Counted from the first letter of the whole stretch, positions 25,780-37,626 are shown. The stretch is 63,947 bases of DNA, filler included, from Octopus bimaculoides (GCF_001194135.2; 5 parts of 5 records of this genome joined end to end with filler, not necessarily neighbours in it), one strand, 5' to 3'. The notes: generated from the sequence alone by a model not told the origin. Numbers and translations: made by a program.

Positions 25780-26040
25780 AGCGTAACTAACAGAGATTGT
25801 GGACATTATCTAATTGTGTCGTTTTTAGTCTTCATGCTGGTCTCCTGCCGTTTAGCGCGCCTCGAAGAATGTGTCTTGTGATTCTTTCCAGTGACATTCT
25901 AATCACATGTATGGGGTATCGGAGCTGTGGCTCTCCATGCGGAGAAATAGCGGCCCGACCTGGAAAGAAAGTCTTCCTAGTCCCTAACAATCCAACTCGA
26001 ATATGTAGCATTGATAACCTACAACTTTCCATTATAGAGC
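25780..26040 (-). mobile_element. decayed C-terminal fragment of an RTE-clade LINE
   Basis: PQLRYPIHVIRMSLERITRHILRGALNGRRPA*RLKT resembles QLRW.GHVIRM..ER....IL.G...GRRP.GRPK. Confidence 0.6.
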
Positions 26041-26204
26041 AAGAATCTCTTTGGAGTTCCCAGCTATCTTGATGTGATGATTATAGCAGTATTTATATTT
26101 CTTGCCCGCCAATTTCATCCTCCTCATCATCTGGTTGAAGCAATTTATGTCATTACAATATAATAACGGAGCGTATTCTGAATAAAGTGCGTCTTAAATG
26201 TGCT

Positions 26205-26525
26205 CCAAACTGAGCGTAGACATTATGTAGGAATGGTTCGAGAATATTTCAACCTCGATACTTTAGATTAAAGTCTCTCTTCAAAATCACAGGGAACGGT
26301 AAAGAATGGAGCAAAAGTTTCACTACATCTGTAATTTTAAGCTGCTGAAGTCGACATCAAATTTAAGATTCTCGAAAGATGTACACTTTACGGAAGCTCC
26401 ACAACACGCTGTAAATTATGCATAGCTGAAAAGATCTGCATACTTAACAAGATTAATCCGAAGACAATCTAAGCATCAGAAATTTTCAGTAAATGTTGTA
26501 ATTTCGATAAATATCAACTAAAAAG
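26205..26525 (+). mobile_element. Penelope-like GIY-YIG endonuclease C-terminal relic
   Basis: EVDIKFKILERCTLYGSSTTRCKLCIAEKICILNK..SEIFSKCCNFDKYQL carries the CxLC..EK and SKC motifs; RHYVG lies upstream. Confidence 0.75.
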
Positions 26526-28181
26526 TCAGAAAATTATTCAAGAACTTGAAAGAACAGATTAAGACTTAGCTATTTGCCTAGAGCAATCAGCGGCTCTCCA
26601 TTTCTCTCTTTCTCTCCTTGAGTTTTGAGAACTATAATGCTCTTACTATCTAAATAGTATTTGTCATTTATACTGCCAATCCCTTCAGGCAGCTCATTAA
26701 ACTGTATAAGAATGCATTCATTGATACATTTATTACCTCAAATATTTAACATCCCATAATAATTAAGATGGAGATGCTTTTAAAAAATCCGTTCCACCTT
26801 AATCACACTTCAAAAGTTCTCCACCGATATTATTGTTGACCAACTCAAGGAGATGAACTCATATCAAAACACACACGCACACACATACACACATTTATAT
26901 ATATATATATATNNNNNNNNNNNNNNNNNNNNNNNNNNNNNNNNNNNNNNNNNNNNNNNNNNNNNNNNNNNNNNNNNNNNNNNNNNNNNNNNNNNNNNNN
27001 NNNNNNNNNNNNNNNNNNNNNNNNNNNNNNNNNNNNNNNNNNNNNNNNNNNNNNNNNNNNNNNNNNNNNNNNNNNNNNNNNNNNNNNNNNNNNNNNNNNN
27101 NNNNNNNNNNNNNNNNNNNNNNNNNNNNNNNNNNNNNNNNNNNNNNNNNNNNNNNNNNNNNNNNNNNNNNNNNNNNNNNNNNNNNNNNNNNNNNNNNNNN
27201 NNNNNNNNNNNNNNNNNNNNNNNNNNNNNNNNNNNNNNNNNNNNNNNNNNNNNNNNNNNNNNNNNNNNNNNNNNNNNNNNNNNNNNNNNNNNNNNNNNNN
27301 NNNNNNNNNNNNNNNNNNNNNNNNNNNNNNNNNNNNNNNNNNNNNNNNNNNNNNNNNNNNNNNNNNNNNNNNNNNNNNNNNNNNNNNNNNNNNNNNNNNN
27401 NNNNNNNNNNNNNNNNNNNNNNNNNNNNNNNNNNNNNNNNNNNNNNNNNNNNNNNNNNNNNNNNNNNNNNNNNNNNNNNNNNNNNNNNNNNNNNNNNNNN
27501 NNNNNNNNNNNNNNNNNNNNNNNNNNNNNNNNNNNNNNNNNNNNNNNNNNNNNNNNNNNNNNNNNNNNNNNNNNNNNNNNNNNNNNNNNNNNNNNNNNNN
27601 NNNNNNNNNNNNNNNNNNNNNNNNNNNNNNNNNNNNNNNNNNNNNNNNNNNNNNNNNNNNNNNNNNNNNNNNNNNNNNNNNNNNNNNNNNNNNNNNNNNN
27701 NNNNNNNNNNNNNNNNNNNNNNNNNNNNNNNNNNNNNNNNNNNNNNNNNNNNNNNNNNNNNNNNNNNNNNNNNNNNNNNNNNNNNNNNNNNNNNNNNNNN
27801 NNNNNNNNNNNNNNNNNNNNNNNNNNNNNNNNNNNNNNNNNNNNNNNNNNNNNNNNNNNNNNNNNNNNNNNNNNNNNNNNNNNNNNNNNNNNNNNNNNNN
27901 NNNNNATGTATGTATGCACGCACATACACACACACATGCATGCATCCTTACACATGCAGATACACACACATGCGCTTGTTTAATAGGTTTGTGTAAGCGT
28001 AACTACGACTCTAAACACGCACCGAAGGGCTCAAATAATGTTTATAGTGGCGAAATAATTTCTAATTTTGCTACTGATTGCTTAGTTGAAATTTTGCCTT
28101 CAAAATTGACTTAAAAAAAAAAACACTGTCACGTGAAGCTAGATTTAACGACGACACGATATTATGTATAAATGTGTGAGT

Positions 28182-28218
<37 letters not shown>

Positions 28219-28509
28219 TGTGTGTGTGTCTATGTCTGTGTCCCATTGTGTTTACGATTTTAAAGCAAGTTTAAGAAAACGGAATACTTACTGGTGAGAT
28301 GAAGACTGAGAATAGAGACAAATTTATTGTATCAGACTGTGTAAAAATAAGCCACGTTTTGTACCATGAAGAATTTGTACTGGAATTTGGCAGAGTTTTG
28401 TATTGTTTTAAACACTTTTTTGAAATTGTCTGATAATACAGACAAACTCTTGTCCAAATTCATCAATAAATTAACATTGATATTTTTTCACCGTTGTTAC
28501 AACCATCTG

Positions 28510-28565
28510 GAATGGAACTGTCAAAGCGCGATATTCAAGCAATTTTGCTATTCAACTTAAAAATT
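28510..28565 (+). mobile_element. possible mariner transposase N-terminal scrap
   Basis: MELSKRDIQAILLFNLKI resembles mariner N-termini, but the match is very short. Confidence 0.35.
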
Positions 28566-29061
28566 TAGAATCATATGGTGTTGAGTAAAACTTATTAAAA
28601 TTGTATGTAACTCCTATCAAATGTGTTGGGAGTCTCTTTCTTTCTCTTAGCCACTCATTTGTGTTTATATATCTATCTCTCTCTCTCTCTNNNNNNNNNN
28701 NNNNNNNNNNNNNNNNNNNNNNNNNNNNNNNNNNNNNNNNNNNNNNNNNNNNNNNNNNNNNNNNNNNNNNNNNNNNNNNNNNNNNNNNNNNNNNNNNNNN
28801 NNNNNNNNNNNNNNNNNNNNNNNNNNNNNNNNNNNNNNNNNNNNNNNNNNNNNNNNNNNNNNNNNNNNNNNNNNNNNNNNNNNNNNNNNNNNNNNNNNNN
28901 NNNNNNNNNNNNNNNNNNNNNNNNNNNNNNNNNNNNNNNNNNNNNNNNNNNNNNNNNNNNNNNNNNNNNNNNNNNNNNNNNNNNNNNNNNNNNNNNNNNN
29001 NNNNNNNNNNNNNNNNNNNNNNNNNNNNNNNNNNNNNNNNNNNNNNNNNNNNNNNNNNNNN

Positions 29062-29121
<60 letters not shown>

Positions 29122-29941
29122 TGTTTGTGTGCGTGTGCGTGTGTGTGCGCGCAACGAGAATACGTACCAAACTTAAAAACTATAATAAGTAATCGGGGTC
29201 GATTCATTGGAGTAAATTTCTTCAAGGTGCTGCCCCAGCATGGCCGCAGTCTAATGACTGAAACAAGTAGCGATAAACGATATAAAACATAAGCTAAAAG
29301 ATGAAAGATGTGTGTATATGTGTCTTTGAGAAAAGACAGAGAGAAGGAAATTTGAAATGACGCGCATGTATATAAGGGGAATAGATAGGTCAGGAAGGCG
29401 CAGTGACATGGCGTCGAAGCAATATTGATGAAACCACTGAAAAGAAGAAAAGAGCAAGAACTGCATTTCTTTCAGCGACAAATACTTATGTATCAGCGAT
29501 CAATAATTTCTATACGGTTACGTAATATATATTTGATATACCTGACATATCGATTACAATCAATGCTTTCAATAGGCGTTGCTTCATGAGTTTTAGACGA
29601 GTTCACGTTTTGTTCATGTATCAAGTTATTTCTTGCGTAAATTTGTGGAATTGAAGAAGAAGTAAAAAAAAATAAACGGCCATTTTGAAATGCATCTTCA
29701 CAAATCATAACTTCAACAATAAAAGGTAAAAAAGGAAAAATAAGAAGACAAGAACGAAAGAAAAAATAACTTTTAAGTGCATGCATCACTGTATGGTAAA
29801 GAAGCTCACATGGTTTCAGGTTCAAGCCTGTTAAGCGCACTGTTGAGTATCTTCTATTATAGGTATGAACCGACCAATGCTTTCTGTGTGAATTTGAGAC
29901 GAAAACGGTGTAGTACCTCATCGTTGATTTATGTACGTATG

Positions 29942-29980
<39 letters not shown>

Positions 29981-30174
29981 ATCTGTATCTATATCTTTCT
30001 CGCCTTCTCTCTTTCTCTATCTCTCTCTATCTCTCCACATATACATACATACATAAATATATACAAACATATGTAATATATATATATATATATATATATA
30101 TATTCGATCTAATCGACAAGCCCCACTCCCCCAAAATTTTGGGCCTTGTGCCTAGAGTAGAAAATATTATTATT

Positions 30175-30272
30175 ATTGTTCAGTAGTTTTATTTTTATAA
30201 CGTGCTTTCACTTCACTACCGAGCGCAGCTCTGTGTGCCTTGGGTATGTGCTGTGGTTTGCTGTGATGCTCT
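30175..30272 (-). mobile_element. 3' UTR of the R4/Dong-like element
   Basis: Reverse complement of about 21495-21592, embedded in (TAT)n/(CTT)n. Confidence 0.9.
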
Positions 30273-30292
30273 TCTTCTTCTTCTTCTTCTTC

Positions 30293-30335
<43 letters not shown>

Positions 30336-30345
30336 TATTACTATA

Positions 30346-30566
30346 AAGGCGACGAGCTGGCAGAATGGTTATCACGCCGGGCGAAATGCTTAGTGGTATT
30401 TCGTCAGCCGCTACGTTCTAAATTCGAACTCCACCGAGGTCGACTTTGACTTTCGGCCTTTTGGGGGTCGATTAAGTAAGTACCAGTTACCCACTGGAGT
30501 CGATGTAATCGACTTACCCCTCCCCCAAAATAATTTCAGGCCTTGTGCCTACTGTAGAAAGAATTA
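30346..30566 (+). mobile_element. full-length Meta-like tRNA SINE
   Basis: GGCGACGAGCTGGCAGAAT..GAGGTCGACTTTGACTTTC..GGGGTCGATTAAGTAAGTACCAG..GGCCTTGTGCCTACTGTAGAAAG. Confidence 0.9.
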
Positions 30567-30568
30567 AA

Positions 30569-30770
30569 TCATTCTCTGGTATGAGATTTGAGTAATTCAT
30601 ATACATTTGAAGATTCAACTTTATCATAACCATACTGTTTGCCTAACACCTGTAACTTCTTCAAAAACAGTCGGTGCTTGAGAAAAAAATGTTCTTCAAA
30701 ATCCTTCCTGCATTTCTGTAGCAAAAATTTCCAGGTGGCACTCGTGTTTCTTCCTGACAACCATCCTCAT
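30569..30770 (-). mobile_element. pogo/Tigger transposase C-terminal relic
   Basis: TWKFLLQKCRKDFEE..LQVLGKQYGYDKVESSNVYELLKSHTRE resembles WKKL..ECV.DF..LGK.LGF.EV...DV.ELL.SH.EE. Confidence 0.65.
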
Positions 30771-30891
30771 TCCCGTTATTTGTGCTGTTGCATGCGTAAA
30801 AATATTTCATAGTGTACTGACGTCAAGTGTTGTAGTTACTGTTTGATCTTTTGGCTTTGATAATTATTTCCACTTGAGGTACAGATTCGAG

Positions 30892-31100
30892 GAAATGGAG
30901 CTCATAGAATCGTTATAACGCCGGAAAAAAAGGCTTGGCGGTATTTCACACAACCTCGTGTTGAGAGTTCAAATTCCGCCGATGTTGACTTTGCCTCTCA
31001 ACCCTACGAGTTCGATAAATTAAGTGCCCGTCAAACATTGAGGTCGATGATATCTCAACCTCGCCCCTGAAATTGTTGGTCTTGTGCCAAAATTTGAGAC
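30892..31100 (+). mobile_element. diverged Meta-like SINE
   Basis: GAGTTCAAATTCCGCCGATGTTGACTTTGCC..GTCTTGTGCCAAAATTTGAG. Confidence 0.85.
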
Positions 31101-31117
31101 CGATTTAGGTATAACTA

Positions 31118-31743
31118 TTTTACTCTTTTACTCTTTTACTTGTTTCAGTCATTTGACTGCGGCCATGCTGGAGTACCATCTTTAGCCGAGAAAATCGACC
31201 CCAGGACTTATTCTTCGTAAGCCTAGTTCTTATTCTATCGGTCTCTTTTTGCCGAACCTCTAGGTGACGGGGACGTAAACACACCAGCATCGGTTGTCAA
31301 GCGATGTTGGGGGACAAACACAGACACACAGACACACAAACACACATACATATACATGTATATATNNNNNNNNNNNNNNNNNNNNNNNNNNNNNNNNNNN
31401 NNNNNNNNNNNNNNNNNNNNNNNNNNNNNNNNNNNNNNNNNNNNNNNNNNNNNNNNNNNNNNNNNNNNNNNNNNNNNNNNNNNNNNNNNNNNNNNNNNNN
31501 NNNNNNNNNNNNNNNNNNNNNNNNNNNNNNNNNNNNNNNNNNNNNNNNNNNNNNNNNNNNNNNNNNNNNNNNNNNNNNNNNNNNNNNNNNNNNNNNNNNN
31601 NNNNNNNNNNNNNNNNNNNNNNNNNNNNNNNNNNNNNNNNNNNNNNNNNNNNNNNNNNNNNNNNNNNNNNNNNNNNNNNNNNNNNNNNNNNNNNNNNNNN
31701 NNNNNNNNNNNNNNNNNNNNNNNNNNNNAATCCTGCGCCTATA
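31118..31743 (-). mobile_element. OR/CORE-type SINE interrupted by an assembly gap at its internal microsatellite
   Basis: Tail at 31118-31365; head end TCCTGCGCCT at 31731-31740. Confidence 0.85.
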
Positions 31744-31749
31744 AGTTCA

Positions 31750-32140
31750 CTAAATTTAAAGGGAAGGGTGTTAATCGATTATATCGGCCCCAGTACTTTT
31801 TTGGTACCTTATTTTATCAACCCGTAGTAATGAAAAGCAAACTTGATCGCAGTGTGATTTGAATTCAGAACGGAAAGAGCCAGAAAAAATATTGTAAAGT
31901 ATTTTCTCTGACGATTCTACCAATTCACCGACTTTGGTTCAAATTTTGGCAAAAGCTTAGGCAGAATTTGTTAGAAGTCTGTCGAAATCATCGCCCGCAG
32001 AACTTAGCTAGCATTTCATTTTAATGATCCTGGAGGAAGGAAAGGCACAGTTGATTGCGGTGAGATTTGAACTCAGGGCGTAATGAGTCGGAACAAATAC
32101 TGCGAGGAATTTTTTTCCGATACTTTAGCGATTCCACAAC
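31750..32140 (-). mobile_element. two adjacent degenerate Meta-like SINEs
   Basis: GATTTGAATTCAGAACGGAAAGAGCC and GATTTGAACTCAGGGCGTAATGAGTCGGAAC head segments, plus TTCAAATTTTGGCA tail. Confidence 0.7.
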
Positions 32141-32559
32141 CCGCTTTATTCGTTGTAATAATGCTGCCGTATTCAGCAGTAAAAGAGATGCCCTGTATTT
32201 TCACACAAAAAAATAATTGCGTGTAGTTGGATGACTGGGTGTATTATCTCCTACAATAAATTCGTAATGCTTTCAATGTATTTTATGTTGCTTCACAGGA
32301 GGGTCATTATGCCAGTGATAAACACACGCACTGATTCACATTTACTTCTTTATCACTTTTCGCCAATTGGTTAACTATTTAATCCAACTAATGAATTAAC
32401 TGTTTGATTAGTCTTTCGGTTAATCCATCAATCAGTCGTGTTTATCCGAGTCGTTTCGTCACCATTTGCAGCCTCTTCAAATGAAATACCATCTCTACTC
32501 CAGGTCAGCTTCGTGTCTACTTCATTCAGGCATATAATAAAGAAGCAAAATTAAACCAG

Positions 32560-33280
32560 CGCGTGTTATTATTGTTGACATAATGGCCCTCCCAATGTAC
32601 AACAAAATCTGATTCAATATACAAATTAGCATCAAGAATCTTGCAAACCATGGCAACGAAATATTTAAAGGGCATTATTATTTTGCTTGTAATATTTTTT
32701 CGACAACCGGTTAATAATACGTAAAAAACATTCTTCGAAAAGACATTTGGTCGCCCAACAATTAAGTTTATATTGGCAGCCAAAATATTGGAATTTATCG
32801 GTACTTGTATACTTTGTAAATGTAGATATTTTGAATGACAATATTCAAACATTGATTTTTAACTCGAAAACTCCAGCTGAATTCTTTGAAAATAAAATAG
32901 TCAAACGGGTTAAACTTTAAAATTTTGGTTACAATTTTGTTTTCATTTTTAGGAATCTAACTTATTCAGGTTAATCTTTTCCAAAATAATCCGGTGTTGT
33001 CTAGTTTAAATATTTGTGGATCAATATATCCGCCTTCTTCGATAATTTTCTTCAGAAGAATCTAGATATTTTGGTTTTGCAGTAGATTCTTGATCAGTAC
33101 CGGATGACTTTCTGTAAATCTTTACATTACGCCACGGAATTCTATTCTTAAATCATTCAAACCTGCCAGGAATTGCAATGTTGCTTCACTTTCCGTTCCA
33201 TTATCACTATTCTTAATGCTTGTCTTCCTCAGGGCATTTTTAGAACGGAGACTATGGAGTCGAAACCTGGAATCTATTGA
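32560..33280 (-). mobile_element. pogo/Tigger DDE transposase relic
   Basis: PGRFE*FKNRIPWRNVKIYRKSSGTDQESTA, KKIIEEGGYIDPQIFKLDNTGLFWKRL (compare EEGGYLPEQIFNVDETGLFWKRM) and WATKCLFEECFL. Confidence 0.85.
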
Positions 33281-33937
33281 TTCCAAATTTTGGCAGAAGT
33301 ACAGAGTTTTTGAGGGTGAGGGATAATGGATTACATCGACGATGTAATACACTAATCCAGTACGTTTTTTTTATCGCTCCCGAAAGGATGAAAGGCAAAG
33401 TCGACTTGCGTGGAATTTGAACTCAGAAGAAAAAACGGACGAAATGCTGCTAAGCAATTTGTTCGGCGTGCTAATAATTATGCCAGCTCGTCGACTTTTT
33501 CTCTTCTAATGTTGATTTCAAATTTTGGCACAAGGCCAGCAGTTTCGAGGAAAGGAATAAGGCGATTACATCGACCCCAGTGGTTAACTGATACTTATTT
33601 TATTGACCCCGAAGGGATGAAAGGCAAAGTAGACCCCGGCGGAATTTGAACTCAAAACGTAAAGATGAACGAAATACCGTTAAGTATTTTGTCCGCCGTG
33701 CAAACCATTCTGCCAGCTCGCCACTCTAAATCTGGAATACACTGGTTTCAGATTTTGGGACAAGACCAGCAATCTCACGGCGTCAGTGATTAACTTGTAC
33801 TTAATTTATCGACCCTCCGAAAGAATGAAAGGCAAAATCGATTTGGGTGGAATTTTAACTCAAAACGCAAAGATGGACGAAACGCCGCAAAGTATTTCGT
33901 CCGTCTTCCTGATTAGTCTGCCAGCTGACCGCCTTAA
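33280..33937 (-). mobile_element. three head-to-tail Meta-like SINEs
   Basis: Three copies of ..GAAAG(G/A)ATGAAAGGCAAA..GGAATTT.AACTC..TGCCAGCT at about 33280-33495, 33510-33725 and 33745-33937. Confidence 0.9.
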
Positions 33938-34299
33938 AAACTTGGAATATATTTACGAGTTGAATGTCTCATCAGGATCACATTGATGGTTGATACCGTT
34001 GGCCACTCATAAGAGCTCAAAGATCTTGCGATTAAGCCGAAGAGGGGAGATTAATGCAGATATTCTGCCTATCTCTAGCATTACTGTTCAAAGCAGGGCA
34101 GGCTTTGCTGCTCACTGTCCTCCACGGACTGAACAGCAGGCAATAGCAATATCGGTCGTTATATTTTGGAGACTGCGGTACATATTAGTCAAACGTGATT
34201 TGGATGCGGAAGAGTTATCGTTTCATCTTGGAATAATGTGAAAAGGTTATGACATTGCGAAGACGTAATTACAGATAAAGATAATGTTTATTCGGATTG

Positions 34300-34512
34300 A
34301 GATCACGATGATGGTGACGATGATGATGATGGTGATGGTGGTGGTGGTGGTGGTGGTGGTGGTGTGTTGGTGGAGGTGGTGTTGGCGGTGGTGGTGATGA
34401 CGACAACGATGATGATGAAGATGATGACGATGATGACGGTAATGATGATGTTGACAAAGACGATGATGATGACGATAATGAAGATGACGACGATGATGAT
34501 GGTGATGGTGCA

Positions 34513-34543
<31 letters not shown>

Positions 34544-34674
34544 ATGATGATAATGATGGTGGTGATGATGATCATTTTCATGATGACTTATCGATCTTTT
34601 ATCTCGTTCTGATGGAGAAGCTAAAAAATCAGGTCACTAGGCCAATCGAACGCTACGAATGATTTCGTTACTTT

Positions 34675-34739
<65 letters not shown>

Positions 34740-34740
34740 G
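34300..34740. repeat. compound (GAT)n/(GGT)n/(GCT)n/(GTT)n microsatellites
   Basis: Read directly from the sequence. Confidence 0.95.
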
Positions 34741-34975
34741 CCAATATATATTCTAATTACTTGTCGAGGTCAGCTTTGCATTTCATCTTTTCCAAAATTG
34801 ATGAAATAAAGTACCTGTAGAAACTTAGGTCCGATCTTATCAATTAATCTCCTCCACCTAAAAACTCTGGCCATGCATCGGAATTTGAATCCACCGCCTC
34901 ATCACCATCCTCATCATGATCACCATCACGATCATGATTACCATGATGGTGATCATCATCATAATCATCACTCGC

Positions 34976-35380
34976 TTTCTCTTTTACTTGTTTCAGTCAT
35001 TTGACTGCGGCCATGCTGGAGCACCGCCTTTAGTCGAGCAAAACGACTCCAGGACATGTTCTTTGGAAGCCTAGTACTTACTCTATCGGTCTCTTTTGCC
35101 GAACCGTTAGGTTACGGGGGACGTAAACACGCCAGCATCGCTTGCCAAACGATGTTGGGGGCACAAACACAGACACACAAACATATACACACACATACAT
35201 ATACATATACATATATACGACGGGCTTCTTTCAGTTTCCGTCTACCAAATCCACTCCCAAGGTTTTGGGCGCCCCGCGGCTATAGTTAAAGACACTTGCC
35301 CAAGGTGCCACGCAGTGGGAATTAACCCGGAACCATGTGATTGGTAAGAAAGCTACTTACCACACAGCCACTCCTGTGCT
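34976..35380 (-). mobile_element. complete OR/CORE-type tRNA SINE (best copy in the window)
   Basis: Reverse complement: GCACAGGAGTGGCTGTGTGGTAAG..GGTTCCGGGTTAATTCCC..GGCACCTTGGGCAAGTGTCTT (CORE-like)..(TA/TG)n..CAGCATGGCCGCAGTCAAATGACTGAAACAAGTAAAAG. Confidence 0.92.
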
Positions 35381-35381
35381 C

Positions 35382-35452
<71 letters not shown>

Positions 35453-36090
35453 NNNNNNNNNNNNNNNNNNNNNNNNNNNNNNNNNNNNNNNNNNNNNNNN
35501 NNNNNNNNNNNNNNNNNNNNNNNNNNNNNNNNNNNNNNNNNNNNNNNNNNNNNNNNNNNNNNNNNNNNNNNNNNNNNNNNNNNNNNNNNNNNNNNNNNNN
35601 NNNNNNNNNNNNNNNNNNNNNNNNNNNNNNNNNNNNNNNNNNNNNNNNNNNNNNNNNNNNNNNNNNNNNNNNNNNNNNNNNNNNNNNNNNNNNNNNNNNN
35701 NNNNNNNNNNNNNNNNNNNNNNNNNNNNNNNNNNNNNNNNNNNNNNNNNNNNNNNNNNNNNNNNNNNNNNNNNNNNNNNNNNNNNNNNNNNNNNNNNNNN
35801 NNNNNNNNNNNNNNNNNNNNNNNNNNNNNNNNNNNNNNNNNNNNNNNNNNNNNNNNNNNNNNNNNNNNNNNNNNNNNNNNNNNNNNNNNNNNNNNNNNNN
35901 NNNNNNNNNNNNNNNNNNNNNNNNNNNNNNNNNNNNNNNNNNNNNNNNNNNNNNNNNNNNNNNNNNNNNNNNNNNNNNNNNNNNNNNNNNNNNNNNNNNN
36001 NNNNNNNNNNNNNNNNNNNNNNNNNNNNNNNNNNNNNNNNNNNNNNNNNNNNNNNNNNNNNNNNNNNNNNNNNNNNNNNNNNNNNNNNNN

Positions 36091-36362
36091 TTGTTCAAGT
36101 GAATGTTTAAGAAACCATAAGAAAAATATGTGTTTGCTTTAAAATTTGAGATCACATAGACAGTATTTTACGTAGGATATGGGCAGTTCCCATGAGCACT
36201 ATTTTTTGAACTTCAGCCATTTTGGGGTTTCCTGGAATCTGATCTAGGTAGTAATCAGCCCGTTTCGCTGTCATTCCCAGGGCACCTATGACAATAGGTA
36301 TTGTTTTCGTCTTCAGATTCCACATTTTGCTAATTTCTATTTCAAGATCTTTATATTTACTC

Positions 36363-36364
<2 letters not shown>
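36091..36364 (-). mobile_element. R4/Dong-like retrotransposon 3' fragment (second subfamily)
   Basis: LSKYKDLEIEISKMWNLKTKTIPIVIGALGMTAK..QKIVLMGTAHILRKILSM*. The 5' junction abuts (ATA)n. Confidence 0.9.
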
Positions 36365-36424
<60 letters not shown>

Positions 36425-36666
36425 GTATTTGTAATATAAACACTTATTCATTTACCATTATAACTCTATATCTAAGACTGTGAAGAATTTATTCGTTAGA
36501 ATCCTTGATTAGATTGAACGAAAACTGGTGGAAACGTGTTCCTAATTTTCTCATAGCTTTCGGGCATGAAATATATTCTGCTCAATCAGAATGGTTGGAT
36601 ATGCAGTTTCAGGTGTCACAATAAGAATATAATGGATTAATTAGTCTTATTGATAATCAGACACGC

Positions 36667-36705
<39 letters not shown>

Positions 36706-36862
36706 TGATGATGATGATGATGATGATAATAATGAACTGACACCAAATTGATATGAAAGCATTATTCCACAACGCTGTTGTTCGTTTTGTTGTGAAGTAT
36801 GCTGCCAGTAGAAGTTTGGTAAAATTAGTTCCGCAACACATATGCACACACACACACGCGCG

Positions 36863-36912
<50 letters not shown>

Positions 36913-37039
36913 GACATACATACTGAGCGAGATAGAGAGAAAGAGATGGGGATCTAAATTTTCTGAGGAAGAAGAGAAATTAGACAGTATCTAAATACTT
37001 ACAAACATACATACATACATACATACATACAAACATACA

Positions 37040-37071
<32 letters not shown>

Positions 37072-37373
37072 CATACACGCATGCGCACGTTTATTTTCAA
37101 ATTTATATATATGTCTCTGTGTGTGTGAAGGTAAAATCCAGAGATCAAGGTGTAGGAAGGTAGTCAGCTTCAAGCAATTCGTAGAAGATATGAAATATAG
37201 TGGTTTATCGTATCAAAGTACGATAAGAGGAAAAAAGTTAATTCTATAATTCATGTCTAGCAACAGGGGTTTAGTGAATATGCGAATAGACATCTCAAAT
37301 TTAGGGAATGGAGAAGATAAAATCCAGACAAATTTTGTTTACATATGTATATATATATATAGGAATTTTCAAT

Positions 37374-37445
37374 GGCCGGATAACTGAAGAGATGGCGGCG
37401 TGGGTTCCCACCCCGGCATCCGAAACTCAGAGTTTTATCAGGGCT
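37374..37445 (+). ncRNA. type I hammerhead ribozyme, slightly decayed, with GC-rich long stem II
   Basis: Stem I GATAA/TTATC (extends to GGCCGGATAA/TTATCAGGGC with mismatches). Core CUGAAGA at 37384-90; stem II GATGGCGGCGTGGG-TT-CCCACCCCGGCATCC; GAAA at 37422-25; stem III ACT-CAG-AGT; site GUU at 37432-34. Confidence 0.7.
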
Positions 37446-37626
37446 ATCGAATAAGTGTCACATATTTTTACAGATAAATTTCTCTATTTACATAATATCG
37501 AGGTCACTTTCTTTCTTTTGTTGTCTTTTCAATCAATCAATCAATAAATAAATATATATATATAAAACATGAGTAGAGATGGCTTTCGAGGTGGAGATAA
37601 TTTTTATTTTAATGATAATGTTTATA

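Noticed and set aside
28292-28305. 14-nt minus-strand segment with good acceptor and GTAAGT donor
   Set aside because: Not frame-preserving and has no other support.
32520-33130. Initially read as a Penelope RT fragment
   Set aside because: Another frame gives the clear pogo/Tigger motif EEGGY..QIF..D.TGLFWKR, so it was reassigned.
33955-33980. Minus-strand CTGATGAG...CTCGTAAA
   Set aside because: No GAAA and no stem I or stem III partner.
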